Positions 25,058 through 39,900 of a DNA stretch of 64,000 nt are shown here, piece after piece. Both the position numbers and the translations under genes were made by a program. Every line of letters starts with the position of its first letter. The stretch's first letter is position 1. The notes beneath the pieces are model-generated. The model was not told the DNA's origin. It worked only from the letters and a program-made list of their open reading frames with translations, and searched no databases. Source of the stretch: Azolla caroliniana (Eukaryota > Plantae > Polypodiophyta); assembly GCA_043228905.1 (NCBI GenBank), contig JBHGNT010000017.1:6696001-6760000 (forward strand), given 5' to 3'.

Positions 25058-28022
25058 TGTTAGGAATATGTCCCTCCTATGGGAGCAGCCGACTGGTCAG
25101 GTCGAGTGCCGACAGTCGAAGACATGATGAGTCGAAAGTAGGACAGTCCAAGTCGAAGACATGACCAACTAGTCGAGCCGACCAGATGGTCGAAGATAAG
25201 GCCGACTAGCTGGGCGACTGGACAATCGACACTCGAGTCGATTAGTCAATCAGTCGGCTGATTAACGATAATAGGAATGACAATAGTAGTGGCTACATTT
25301 GTAAATAGCCCATACAGTGTATAAGTATAAATACACTTAGGGCAACATAGGGTTTGCATAAATGAACAGTTGTGAGCCTCTGTCATATATCACGACAGAG
25401 AAGAGAGAGTGTGCTAGTGAGAGGGAACGATGCCATAGATGAGTGAGCTTAGACATCAAGAGCCCTGTGTGGCCGTTACACTCTACAGTGAGAGAGTGTT
25501 GTAATCTCGTCGTCTTGTACATCCACTGTATAGTGAAGATTTGTTCTCCCGTGGTTTTTCCCCATTTAGGGTTTCAACGTAAAAACTACGTATCTTGTTC
25601 ATTTTGTTGTTTTTTGTTCCAAGTTGTGTATTTTCCGCATATCTTTCGCACGAATATTCAATTCGACCTCAACAAACTTGTATCAGAGCAAGGTTGAACA
25701 TGGAAGGAGGTATGAGCAGGTTCCCAGGCATGATAGTTCTAAACTCTCAGAAAACTATGCGGACTGGAAGATAAAGATGGAGGACCCCCTCATATTCAAA
25801 GACTTGTACGAGCCAATCGACAGAGCAGAAATACCCACGGGGGTATTAGAGTCTGAATGGAAACTTCTTAACAGAAAGGTGGTGGCCACCATCAGATAGT
25901 GCGTCGATGTAAGTGTCCGTCAACATGTGGCGAACGACACAAATGCCTATAAGATGTGGCAGAAGCTGTCAGAACTATATGAGAGGAAGAACGCCCGCAA
26001 CAAAACATCTTTGATGAGATAGATTGTGAGGCTGAAATATAGGGATGGGGAAAGCATAATCGAACACATAAGCACATTCATGGGGTATGTGAATCAACTT
26101 GAGGCAACTAAGTTGCCCCTAGAGCATGCAATGCAGGACATCCTTCTATTGTGCACTTTGTCGGACAGTTGGAAGAATCTAGTGGTGACTCTCAACACCT
26201 CATGTCAAGAAGAGAACATGTCTCTACAAGCAATGAAGACAAGCATCTCGAACGAGGAGACGAGAAGGAAGGACATGGGTGTCCAGACCCAACCGGAGTC
26301 AAATTTGACTCAATAAATCAGCAGAGGAAGAAACCAGCAAAGGAGTCCACCAAGGAGAGAAAAGTCTCAAGCTAGGTCCAAGTCCAGAGGTGCGCTAACA
26401 TGCTTCTATTATGGAAAGCTTGGACACTTTCAAAAGGATTGCTGACACCTCAAGAAGGACAAGAGTGTCGGCAATAATGTCAAACCCAGGAAGATTCCTG
26501 ATGAAAAAGGCACATCAGCTGTAGGTACGAGTACAGAGGAGATCTTGTGCATTTGTGAGCAGGCAAGCACAAATCTTGCAATTGAAGAGTGCACTTGGGT
26601 AATCGACTCGGGTGCATGTTTCCATATAACTCCGTCGAGAGAGTGTTTTTCGACATATATAGTCGAGGATCATGGCTATGTAAAGACAGAGGATCATGGA
26701 GAGTGCAAGATAGCAGGCATTGGAAGCGTGTGCCAGACGACGTCGACTGGTTGTCGACTGACGTTGAGGGAAGTTCAACATGTTCCCGATATCAGATTAA
26801 ATCTGATATCGACTGGAAGATTGGACGACGAAGGTAATAGTGGTAGCTTCCAAAATTGCAAGTGGAAGTTCTGTCGTGGAAACCTCATAGTGGCCCGAGC
26901 ATAGAAAGGGGGCACACTGTATATGATGCATGCCCGATTGTGCAAGTCGGAAGTGAATGTGACAGCTGACTCGAGTGGAAAGTTATGGCATAAGAGGCTA
27001 GGCCACATGATTGAAAAAGGATTGCACATCCTAGCCGACCAGGTACTTCTCCCAGAAGTGAAAGGAGTACACTTGGAGAACTGTGCCGACTGCTTAGTCA
27101 GAAAGTAGAACTGAACAACATTCCACACAAGACCACCACGAAGAAGAGAAGTTGCATTGGAACTAGTACACACGGATGTGTGCTATGTAGATGCTCCATC
27201 ACATCGAGGTGGACAGTACTTCGTAACGTTTATTGACAACTATAGTCAGAAGACATGGGCCTTCGTACTCAAGTCGAAGGATCAAGTATTGTCGATGTTC
27301 AACGAGTTCCAAGCAAGAACCGAACGAGAGTGTGGTAGGAAGTTGAAGGTTGTTTGTACCGACAATGGTGGTGAATATAGAGGGCAGTTCGAAGAATACT
27401 GCAATGCCCAAGGTATTCAAATAGAATACACTGTACGGAAGACCCCAGAGCTGAACAGGCTTGCAGAGAGGATGAATCGAACAATCATGGAGAGAGTAAG
27501 GACCATGCTCTCTCATGCTAAACTGTTGAAATCGTATTGGGCTGAGGCAATGTACACGGATGTTTATCTGATCAACAGGTCTCCCTCAGTACCATTGAAA
27601 GGTGATATTCCACAGAGGGTGTGGACAGGAAAGGATGTCTCCTACGAACACCTAAGGGTGTTCAGATGTCTAGTATATATGCATGTGGCTAAGGACCAGA
27701 GTTCGAAGCTCGATAGTAAATCAAAACCATGCATATTCATGGGATACTTGGAGGACGAGTTCGGCTATAGCCTGCGGGACCCAGTCGACAAGAAGGTAGT
27801 GAGGAGTCGGGATGTAGTATTCTTGGAAGACAAGACAATTGAGGACTGGAAACAACAAAAGTCGGAATCGACTTCCCAGTCTACTCCCACTGCCACCGAC
27901 TTAAGGCCAAGTGAACCGACACAATCGGTTGTTCGGAGATAGCCAGTTGACACAGCCGAATCTGAGTCGGTCAACTCAGAGCAACCTACCAATACAAATG
28001 AGGCAGAGTCGGCAAACCTATT
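25058..28022 (+). mobile_element. Copia (Tnt1/Tork-like), 5' half: LTR 25058-25674, PBS, gag-PR-INT
   Basis: TGTTAGG...CTCAACA LTR, mutated Met PBS TTGTATCAGAGC, WVIDSGACFH, LWHKRLGH, LVHTDVC, DNGGEY; left flank CATTG. Confidence 0.92.
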
Positions 28023-30268
28023 TGTAAAAGAATACGTGTACGGCAGCGTATGCGAAACATAGAGTACACAGTTCGGAGAATGACAGCTTGGTAAAAACAC
28101 AGAAAACGCAGAGATGGAGAGGGAGAGGGAGAGACAGAGAGAAAGAGAGAAAGAGAAAGAGCAGACAACTCGGTTCTATTTCAAAATAATGATACTTTGT
28201 ACATACTTCATGCTCAGTGAGCACCTTTTATACAAGCCCTGACAATCGGGCTGACACAAGTACTGACAATACTTGACTACTCATAAATGAGCCTAGTAGA
28301 CTAACTCCCAAAATTATTCCTTACGATGAATACCATACTAACGGCCTTTCAGTTTATGCACTGATACGGCCACGTTATGCGTACTGTTTTACGCATCCAA
28401 TCTACGCACTAGGTTACGCACCGTGTTACGCACCTAATGTTGAGCTTGTCAGTCAACACTCCCCCTCAAGCTCAACTTGAAGTTCCACATGCTCCTCTGG
28501 ATCTTCGCTCCGGCTTTTCCTGGCTTCACGCCTTACTCGCGCTCCTCGACCTGTTCGATTCCGCGCGCCTCGACCCTTTCGGTTGATTTGTCTGCTCGTT
28601 TGGCCCTTCTCAGCTCCTTTGTTGTCGCGGTGTTGGCGTCGCTTCTACTGCCCTTTCCTCCGCTTGGCCCTCAGTCCATTCGTAATATCCGAATCAAACA
28701 TTTTGATTAAATCGGTCTCTTCTTATTCAATTCCGCTTACATCTGAACTGGTTGTCTCCAATTTATCTTCAATCTTTAGGCCTTTGACAATGCCAGACCA
28801 CGTCTTGTTCTTGGCCTTACCTCCCCTTGATTCGGCTGTCCTTGGCTCTTCCCTACGGTTACGGCCCTTGCTCTCTTCATTGGCTTCTTCAACCGGCCCG
28901 AAATTGAATTCTTCATTCGACTCCGCATCACGGTCACTTCCGCCGCGATGATAACCTCCGCTCCTTTCACTCTCTTGTTCCTGTCTCCCCCTCAAGTTCG
29001 GCGTGTCGAGGTGACGCAACCCAAGCTCACCCGAGAAATGCCACAACTTGTCGAAACCAAGAGGTTTGGTGAAGATGTCGGCAACCTGCTGATCCGTCGG
29101 AACATATGCTAGGTCGACTTCACCGAAAAGGACCTGCCCACAAACAAAATGGTAGTGCACCTCAATGTGCTTGGTCCGGGTGTGGAATACAGGGTTTTTC
29201 GCAAGGTGGATACTACTAAGGTTGTCGCAATAGATCACCATCGGATCTGACACCTCCACATGCAAATCCCGTAACAATCGTTTCAACCAAATGACTTCGC
29301 ACGTAGCGACAGTCGCCCCTCGATATTCAGCCTCCGTGCTCGACAGTGCTACTATCGGCTGCTTCTTGCTACTCCATGCGATCACTGCACTTCCTAATGA
29401 GAAGGCGTATCCGGATGTGGATCTACGATCACTGGCGTTTCCGGCCCAATCGGCATCTGTGTAGCCAACCATCTGTTTGGCTACGCCTGCCCGATACAGC
29501 AACGCCATGTCTTTCGTGCGGCTGACATATCTCAATATCCTTTGTGTGCACTGAAAGTGTTTGGCCGTAGGCTGCAACATAAATTGACTGATCAGTCCGA
29601 CCGGGTAGTTGAGGTCCGGTCTAGTGATCGTTAAATATATAAGGCTTCCGACAATCTGTCAAAACCATGTCGGGTCGCATGCCTTTCCCGAATCTCGGCG
29701 AAGCTTTGCGTTTCTATCCAGAGGGATCGAGATGGGCTTACATTTGGCCATCCCGAACTTGAAGAGCATATTAAGCGCGTAATGACGTTGGTTGATAAAT
29801 ATGCCTTCGAGGGCGCGGATCACTTCGATCCTGAGGAAATAATGAAGGTCTCCAAGATCCTTCATTTCGAATGATGCCGCAAGCTAAGACTTTACACGAC
29901 GGATTTTGTCCAAGTCGGCACCGACGATGACAAAATCATCCACATATAGTAGAAGGCTAACCGGTCCATATTGACCTTGCCGAACAAATAGTGAAGAATC
30001 TGATTTCGACGTCGTAAACCCCATCCTACACAACTGTTGCGTAATCTTCGCGTTCCAGGCTCGCGGGGCTTACTTAAGTCCATAGAGCGACTTCTTGAGT
30101 CGGCAAACTGCCGAAGTGTTTTGTTCAGATAGAAATCCGGGGGGTTGTACCATGTACACATGTTCCTCAAGATCACCTTGTAAGAACGCGTTCTTTACAT
30201 CCATCTAATGTAAGTGCCACCCCTTCACCGCAGCTACGGCTAGCAAAACACGCACAGTAGTCATCTTA
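28023..30268 (-). mobile_element. Copia 3' half (RT, RNase H, PPT, 3' LTR 28023-28458); partner of 48992-53960
   Basis: [34 protein letters not shown]; PPT next to the LTR; plus-strand flank CTATT. Confidence 0.92.
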
Positions 30269-33200
30269 TCTACCTCGATGCATAGTTTGATGGATGCTCC
30301 AGAAAGAGTGTCTTGGGACTTATTTGCAATAGAGGTTTTGAAGTATGATGCATGGCTTTGGATTAATGGAACAGATTCTGGGTATACTTTCCAATCCACA
30401 CAATTCAGATCAACATGGAGTAGGTTGGATCTCATATATATAATGCATGATGAAAGGTTTTTGCCAGAAGTGTTGATTATGCAGGTATATAGAGGTATTG
30501 CATCGTCTTATCATTTTCGAGTTATCTTCGAATGCACACATCAATGGGTGGATGGTTTTAAAGCTTTATTGGGAAGACAATCACTTAGATTTAATTCTTC
30601 TTTTCTTGAGCATGAACATTTCAAGCATGCTATGGGACAACTAGTGGGAGAATTTAGAAGACAAGTTAATATTGGTGGTGCTTCTTCTTGGGATGTTTTC
30701 CTTTCTAATATTCAACGGTTTGCTTGACATTATGGGATTTCTCAAGCAATTGTCTGTAAACAAAAAGTGAGAGAACTCCAACAATTATTACATAGGTGTA
30801 ATGCTTTGTTGGTCTCAAGCCCGGTGGATGACGTATTATTGGATATTCAAGTTACATTGAATCAAGCACTACAAGATCTTGAGGTAAGAAGTTATCAACA
30901 GTTTTGGGTGAGGGACAAGAAACAAGAGGTATATGATCATAACTCTATCTCACATAAATTCCTTCATGGGTTACATGCATCTCATGCCAGAATGAATGTG
31001 GTACGCATAGAAGTTGATGGAACTTTGAGTACAAATCCACAAGTAATTATTGATAATTGTATTCAACATTTTACAAAACTTCTAGGTCATGAAAGTATTC
31101 TAGATAATGATATGAAAGAAGCACGAGCAATGTTTTTTCAATCCATCAAGGGCAATGTTAGTCATCATATGGCAAGACTCAAACTCATGACCTTATGTTA
31201 TATGAGTTGAGCTCTTGACCATTATACCATCTATTGTAATACATAGGATATTATTTTCATTTAAGTTTTATTATAGGAAATTAATGTTATTCCAGATTTC
31301 TCTAGAACATTCTAGAAGCTTCAGGATTAATCCTGAGAACACTATAAAAAAAGGCACTAGGCATTATGTTGAACCAAATTGGTTCAACACCAGTCTTAAG
31401 CCTCATAGCCATCTTGTACTTACTCTTCCTATAATATATCATCTGTTATCGCCATCTCTCTCTCTCTCTCTCTCTTCTCTTTCCTCCCTCTCGGGAGTCT
31501 TACGTAGTCCCGTCCTCTTAGTACTAATAATACTTCCCTTCTCTAGTACTAATTCTCTCTCTGTTTTAGTACTATTCCTGACAGTTTGAACCAATTTTTC
31601 CTCTCTAGTCTTTCTTTTGGTTTCCCTCATCCTCTTATCCTTTTTCTATACAATGGCTTCTGTTAGCGCCCAAGAATACCAATCCGTTTTCTCCAAGCTA
31701 CAGTGTCTAAAAGAAAAATTTGTTGCCTTGGAACAAGAAAACCAGCGGTTGTTAGGGGATCTTCAACAAATCGCCTTAGAAAAACAGCAAACGCAGCAAC
31801 AACATGGGGAGTTAGTGTTACGTGTGCAACAACTTGAAGCAGCGTTGCAACAACAAGGATCAAGTCCCCACGGATTTCATAAAGAGCCCAAGATTGAACG
31901 TGATCGCAATTTAGGGGATTCCTCAATTAGGTACGCTTAGTCATTAAAATGCATCCTTCTCGATACCCCACTGATGCATCCCAAGTTGGCCTAATAGGCA
32001 CGTTGCTTAGCGGCTCAGACTTGGCATGGTTTGCTCCGCTTCTGGAAAAACAATCGCCCTTACTGAATAACTTTGAAGACTTTATTAGTGAGTAGCTTGC
32101 TTTGGAGATACAGACAACATCCGGACGACGATCAACAAAATCCGACAATTGCGTCAAGGCGATCGTGCAGCCTCTGCCTACGTGGCAGATTTCCGTCTAC
32201 TCACTTTGGATATCCCCTGGGATGATCAGGCACTAATGGAGCAGTTTCACTACGGCCTAAGAAACGATGTCAAAGATCTACTTCTAACATTCCCCGAAGA
32301 ACCAAAGTCTCTTACGGAGCCAATCAGTCGGGCGGTCCGATGTGACAACCGCCTTTTCGAACAGCGTTCGGAACGTCAATTACAGATACCATGCTCTAGG
32401 CCGGAGCCCACTTACACCTCAGTCGCAGCTAAACCGTTTGCACGAGACATACCTCAAGCAAATACTCCAACACCAATGGAGATCAATACCATCCGTCGAC
32501 GTGGCCCGTTATCGGAAGAAGAAAAGCAACGACGACGTGCAAATCGATTATGTCTTTATTGCGGTGGACCAGGCCATATCATAATCAATTGTCCCCATAG
32601 CCCAAGAAGATAGGTAAATCAAATCGTAGCTTGTACTAAACCCAAGTCAATTCTTCCCTTAGGAGTGTTTGATAGTATTAATAGTACTAATAGCCCAAGT
32701 ATCTCAAACAAATTTGAAATCCTTAGTCAATTAGATGAAGAGTTGAACGATTGAGTCCAGCGAAAATAGGAGCCGTTTGGTTGGACAACCCTAGATCTGT
32801 ACAACCCACTAGTGGTTCCATTCCCTCCAAGCAAATTAGCAATGTGTTCCTAGCCCAAGTCATGGTTAGTACTAAAAGTACTCCCCCAATACATGTCCTA
32901 ACACTTCTAGATTCCAGAGCTAATTCCTGTTTCCTGGATTGAATTTTTGCCCAAGCTTCTCAGATATCCTTAAGAAAACTTCCTTGCCCCGCATCTGTAG
33001 TAGTCATTGATGGTCGTCCCATTGCTTCTGGGAATATTGTAGAAGAGTCAGAACCCATTCAAGTTGTCCTAGGTAGTTTTGTGTGTGTAGTAGCATTAAA
33101 TATAATTAGTAGTCTAGAGCATCCCATTGTCCTGGGATTACCTTGGTTTGAATTACATAATCTAGACATAGATTGGAGAACAAGAGAAGTCCGACATCGA

Positions 33201-35699
33201 CAACCCCAAGAATCTACTCATCGAGTTTCGACCATTTCACTATGTCAATTACGCGAAGAAGGACACAAGGAGGCAATGTTCCTATTTGCAATATCAGTAC
33301 ATCCTTCCAGCACTATTAAGGAGCAATCCTTAGTACAACTTCCAGTGAAATATCATCCTTATGCCAATGTATTTGACAAGGTAAAAGCCGGTACTCTTCC
33401 TCATCATCGTCCCTATGATTGTCCTATCAATCTACGACCGGGAGCAAAGCCACCATGGGGACCAATTTACAACTTGTCCCCCACCGAGTTAGAAGTCCTT
33501 CGAGCCTACATAGAGGAGAACTTGGCAAGCGGGTTTATTTGTCATTCGAAATCTCCGGCCGGTGCACCCATCTTCTCGTCGTTGATTACCATGACTTAAA
33601 TAAAGTCACCATCCGGAATAGGTATGCACTTCCTCTTATATCAAGTCTTTTAGAGCGAGTTAATGGTGCCAAATTTTCTACAAAAATCGATCTATGAGGA
33701 GCGTATAACCTCGTGCGGATCTAACCGGGAGATGAATGGAAGACCGCCTTTCGCACGCGGTATGGGCATTTCGAATATACTATAATGTCGTTCGGTCTAA
33801 CCAATGCACCCGTAGTCTTCCAACACATGGCAAATGATATATTCAGAGACCTCTTGGATATCTGTTTGATCATCTATCTGGATGATCTATTGATTTATTC
33901 GAAGACCCAGGAAGAGCACGATTCTCATGTACTATTAGTACTAAAACGATTCCGCGAGAATGGTCTTTATGCCAAGCTAGAAAAATGTAAGTGGAATTTC
34001 TAGGCTACGTCATTTCCTCAAAGGGCATCTCCATGGATCCAGCTGAAGTCCAAACTGTGCTAGAGTGGCAAATTCCACGGTCGGTACGAGATGTACAATG
34101 TTTTCTAGGTTTTGCTAACTTCTACCGCAAGTTTATACAAGATTACTCGAAGATTATTTTACCTCTCACAGAACTTACGAAGAAGGGACAAGCATTTCTT
34201 TGGTCCAATGAAGCGGACATGGCTTTTCGGCATCTTAAGAAAGCCTTTACATCAGCTCCTATTCTAGCTCATGTGGATACAAAGAAACCATTCATCATGG
34301 AGGCCGACGCATCAGATTTCGCCCTCAGTAGCATCCTTTCTCAACAAGGAGATAAAGAAGAGTTACATCCTTTGGCTTTCCATTCACGCAAATTTGATGC
34401 CGCGGAAACCAACTACGAAATACATGACAAGGCGTTATTAGCCATCGTGGATTCCTTTGTGCAAAGCCAGCATTTCTTAGAGGGCTCCTCTCACATCAGG
34501 TCATCGTCTTTAGTTATCACAAAAACCTTGCTTATTTCCAGAACGCTCGGGTGCTAAATCGACGGCAAGCTCAGTGGGCTCAATTCCTCACGCATTTCGA
34601 CTTCAAAATCACATATCGATCGGGGAAGCAACAAGGAAAAGCAAATGCACTATCACGATGTTCATATCTTGCACCTCGTCCTGGTGATCCAGGGTTTGAT
34701 AATCAAAAGCAAGTAATCTTGGGACCAACACGATTGCACACAATGCGGATTTTTCACACCCCAATGGATTACCGGATTACCGATGCCATATGTGCAAACT
34801 TGAAGACAGATAGTTTTGCTCAAGACATTCTAGCGCACATTGATACCTCTCGGGAATCCTGTTCCCAATCTCAACAACCAAGTATGGACTACCGACAATT
34901 CGAATATCATGATGGTTTGTTACTCTTTAAAAATCTTGTATATGTCCCCGATTTCTCCTATCGCCTTCAAATCGTCCAAAATTGCCACGACACCCATACA
35001 GTGGGACATTTCGGTAGTACTAAGATGTTGGATCTCGTTCAACGATCTTTTTGGTGGCCCCATATGCAACGTTTTGTCGACGACTACGTTCGGACTTGTG
35101 ATGCTTGCTGCCGAGCAAAGATGCCCCAACACCATCCATATGGCTTGTTGGAACCCTTACCCATTCCAAGTAAGTCGTGGCAGTCTATTTGTCTTGATTT
35201 TATCATAGATCTGCCGGTCTCGAAGGGGTTCGATGCTATCTTAACCGTCGTCGATCGATATACCAAGATGGCACATTTTGTGTCGTGTACTAAAGCCATC
35301 ACTAGCGAAGAAACTGCCACCCTTGTCATGCGTGAGGTATTTCGGCATCATGGCCTCCTAGACAGTATCATCAGTGATCAAGGACCTCAATTCGTCTCCA
35401 AATTTTGTCAGCATCTCGGCATCATGGCCTCCCAGACAGTATCATCAGTGATCAAGGACCTCAATTCATCTCCAAATTTTTTCAACATCTCTTCAAGATG
35501 CTCAAGGTCACTTGCAACCTCTCCTCCGACACCATCCCGAGACAGATGGGCAGGCGTAACGAACAAACCAAACGTTGGAGCAATATCTCCGGTGTTTTCT
35601 AAGTTATCAACAAGACGATTGGGCCGAGATTCTCCACTTTGCAGAGTTTGCATATAATAATGTTGTTCACTCCTCGACTCGGGTCTCCCCATTTTACGT

Positions 35700-36417
35700 T
35701 GTCGCGTTGCTACGCACGTGCGTGGAGAAGGGTGGGACCACGGGGGCCTTGGACTAAGGAGTAGAGGAGAAGGAATCGGACATGGAATGGAAGGTTTGCT
35801 CAAGAAGAAGATGAAGAATGAACAAGAGATTAGATCGAACAAGAGGAAGATGGAGACAAGATGATCTCCAAGATGTATTAAAATGAAATGAATGATTACA
35901 AAATGGTGGCCGCGTAGGCCGCGCCAAACGACTACTCGAAACCCTAAGCGACGAAGATGAAGAAAAAGACAAAGAAACCCTAACCCTAACGCTCGACCTA
36001 TGTGGTATACCTCGCACACTCCAAAATAGGCAACCCTCACAATGGTGCCTTCCCTCTCCTTTTATAGCACAAGGAGGGAAGACCGTTTACAAAAACGAGA
36101 CTAAAATATCCCCTTTCATTCAAAGGGGATATTTGCCTTGATTTGGGGAGGGTGAGATTGATGGCCCCTTAACTCCCACCTCCTCACAAACAACTAGGTA
36201 CCAATGTACCGCATAGTACCTCTCTCTCTCTCGCGCGTGGATGTGCGCACAAGACCACATCACCTTTATACCTTAGGGATCCTATGGGGCATTTCTAGCA
36301 CCATACACTTTACCCTTATTACTATTACAAATACATTATGTACGTGTGCAACGTTGCACATCGCTCTTTGGCTCTCGTTGCTCGGGTTTCCGCTTGTGGA
36401 CGAAAATCTTCACGACA
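35700..36417 (-). mobile_element. Solo LTR inserted in the chromovirus integrase
   Basis: TGTCGCG...CACGACA; flanks ACGT/ACGC; integrase sequence resumes after it. Confidence 0.85.
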
Positions 36418-36981
36418 ACGCTTACACGGATTCTCATCCTCACTAGTCGGTGATTGACACCCCGGAGCTACCTGCCAATCCTCGTGCCGAGGATCATTTG
36501 GAGAGGCTATGCAAGATCCAGATGGATCTCTCTACTCATCTTCGTCATGCTCAACACACACAGAAGACTTATGTGGATCGTCATCGGCTTCCCTCCTCTT
36601 TTGCCATCGGAGATCGCGTATGGCTCTTACGTTGTCACATCAAGACTACTCGACCGTGCGACAAGTTGGATTATCGACAAATTATTGACGACTCGGTCCT
36701 TTCCGTATTACTAGTAAGGTTAATGATGTCCCGTTCTGCCTTGATCTCCCTCCGCATCTTCAGATACATCCGGTTTTCCATAGCTCTCTTCTTGAACCTT
36801 ATAAAGCAAACACTATTCCTAATCGTGTACACCACCGCCGCCCCCGCTTGAGTTGGAAGCCGGCTCGGAGTATGAAGTTGTTGTCGTCCTCGATTCCAAA
36901 CTTGTTCGCAACAAACTTTATTATTTGGTCGATTGGCTCGGCTATAGTCCGAGCGAACGTACTTGGGAACCCGTTGAGCAT

Positions 36982-39900
36982 TGTTGTCCATGGGACAAAA
37001 AGATAAATTAGTTAAATGTAATACGCCGGTAGGTACGGCTAGTAGGTGAGGAAGGTAGAGTTTAGGAAAACGCCAAGTTTCGAGCCTCACAGTCAGTCGA
37101 CGACTCGGCTCTGTATGAAGAAAAAGTATATAAACCGAGGTCTGCGTACCTCGGCAGAGAGGGAGATCGAGAGTATAGGCAAGGTCGTTTTCATAGTTAC
37201 AAGAGCTCTGTAAGGTCACCGGCCGTGACCCATGTTTTGTAATCATCGATAATTGTTTGTAGTAATACATATCTATTAGCGCTTATTGTTTTCATCTGTG
37301 TTCCTTCCTTCCTACGATCTCAACTACGTATACGCCTCAGGTTATATTCCGGGTATGCTCTCCGTTCTCTTCCCCTAACGACGCCTCCATGTACAAGTTT
37401 TCACATTACACTTCCCTTGATACCGATAGCGTGTAGGCATATCGAAGGTGTTTCCCTAGAAACGGTCAACACAATTTGGCACGCCCGGTTACAGCTGTGA
37501 GATCACAGCGAACTACGTTGAAGGCAACCTTTAGCCGCCATTACGGTGCCCAATCGCACCAAGCGGTCTCGGCCACTTGCCCAATGGCCTGAGCCAGTTG
37601 AAGGAACTTCTGACTCGGCGGTCACGGACCAATCTTTCCAAGAAATATCGGAGGCTCACCGGTTGCAATCCTCGCCACCTGCTACTCGGTCGCGAGTTGA
37701 TTCCGCACCAACCTCTCCACCAAGCCCTTCAGAGGTCACCCACCATGAACCTAACCCTTTTCCGGTTTTACCGAAAGATCCAGATTTCGATACCATGTCG
37801 TATCCTTACCCACAATACACTGACGGCCCCGAAGGCGGAGTCCCACATCCGTGCCTTCGTGTCCACCTGGCAGGCCAACCACTCAACACAACGACTCTCG
37901 CCTGCCGAAATCGATGCCTCAAAAATCGCCGAGTTTACGCTATCCCTCGATGGACCAGGTGCACGATGGTATTCTCGCCTCGACGCAAGGGAATTTATCA
38001 CCTTCCAAGACGTTCGCACGAAGTTCCTAGAACTTTTCCATCGCGAGGTGCCCAAATGAGAACTGCTCCGACAGTTCTTTTCCATGAGCCAAGAACCGCA
38101 CAACACGATCGCACAGTTCACGATCCGGTTCTAGGATCTCTACAAACAAGTGGCCGACGATGTCTCTACACAGCACATTTCGGACGCATTCTTGTCCAGC
38201 TTACAGGAGCCTCTACAGACGACTCTCGCACTTACTAATTTTGCCAACAAAACGATCGAGCAAGTCATAGTGCGCGTCCTCGCCCTCGATCAGACATAGC
38301 AAAGCATGGCTTTCTCTATGAGTTCACTGCAAAGCGCCCTTCCCCAAGAGGACAATCGCTTCCGCCAAGCCCTCCAATGCACAGTTTGCTCGGGATTGGG
38401 CCATTTGGCCCTTGAATGTCCTCACCGGCCACACTGTCAGATCTGCCAGTCCCGCTCTCACACTCTCGAGCAATGTGAATACAATATGCTCAACCGCACA
38501 ACAACGGCCCCGGTTCGCCAGATCGAGCTCAGGGATACATACTCTCGTCAGGACGAGCTACAATCCTATCGGAACCAGGATAACCAACGACCCCGTCGCC
38601 AGATAGGCGGCACCGTGACGACAATTACCGTCGAGACGACGACCGTTACCGAAACAACAACCAACGGAGATCGGACGACCGTCGTGATCGCTATCACGAT
38701 GACCAGTACCGGGCAAACGACGATTATGATCAGTATGACGATGATCGGGATGACCGATACGATCAGAGAAATTCCTGTAATGATCGGCGCAACTCTCACT
38801 AAGGATCGCGCAACAACAAAAGGAATAACGACAACCGTTGTCGGGACCCCCCTCAAAATGAACCGCGCAGCTCGAACGCGCCCCGGACCAACTCACCAAC
38901 ACACGAGGCCGGGAATCAATCACCCCCCCCCCCCACACACACACACACACAGATCGGGCTGGCACCAGCAACTTGGCCGTTGTTACTTGCTTCAAGTGCA
39001 ACCAACCCGGTCACTACGCTACGCAATGCCCAACAACAGACCGCAGAAAGGCTCCTGCCATGAATAATATTATGGCCAACGTGCAAAACATCACAACATG
39101 CAGTAAGCTCAAGCCACTCCATGGCAAGTACAAGATGAAGTTCGGCAAGCAGCCAAAGAATGGATTGATACGGCCAACAAAAACAATGTGGTGCAGATGC
39201 AAACAGAAATGGGAGACGCGACCATCGGAGCACCACAATCCTCAGCACCATCCACGTCAACAGAAGATGACCAGTTGTGGGACGCCCTTACCAGTTCCAA
39301 GATCTCGTTGCCTCTGCATAAACTCTTACCACTCATGCCGCATTTTCGGGACACCTTGGCTACACTCACGGCCAACACCCATTCTACCGTGCCACCTGTG
39401 CACCTAACCGAGCCAGGAACGGGTCCACCCCTCATGGATTCTCAGAATCCAGCCATAAAAATTATGATTAAAGGACGGGACCTGCACGAGTGCATAATCG
39501 ACGGCGGCTCTGGCATGAATGTCATCAATGAGGCTACCTGTCATAAACTCGGTCTGAATCAATGGGAACCTTGCCCCTTTTGGCTTCGGATGGCTGATAC
39601 ACGATCGGCTCGCCCCATCGGATTAATCCGCCACCTCGAATTTACTCTAGGAGGCCACATGTTTACTATCTCAGTCGTTGTATTACGACTCGAAGCACAG
39701 GGCGCCTACCCAATGTTACTTGGCAGACCATGGTTGCGCACAGCAAATATCAAACAACATTGGCAGCGCAACATGATCTCATTTCGCCGAGGAAAGACCA
39801 AGGTTCGGATCAGAACCGAAGAACGCGTAACCACGCCCCACAACACCTCGCCGTTATACGCGAAAGGGGTGCACATGCTCGACGGGTTAGCCAATGACGA

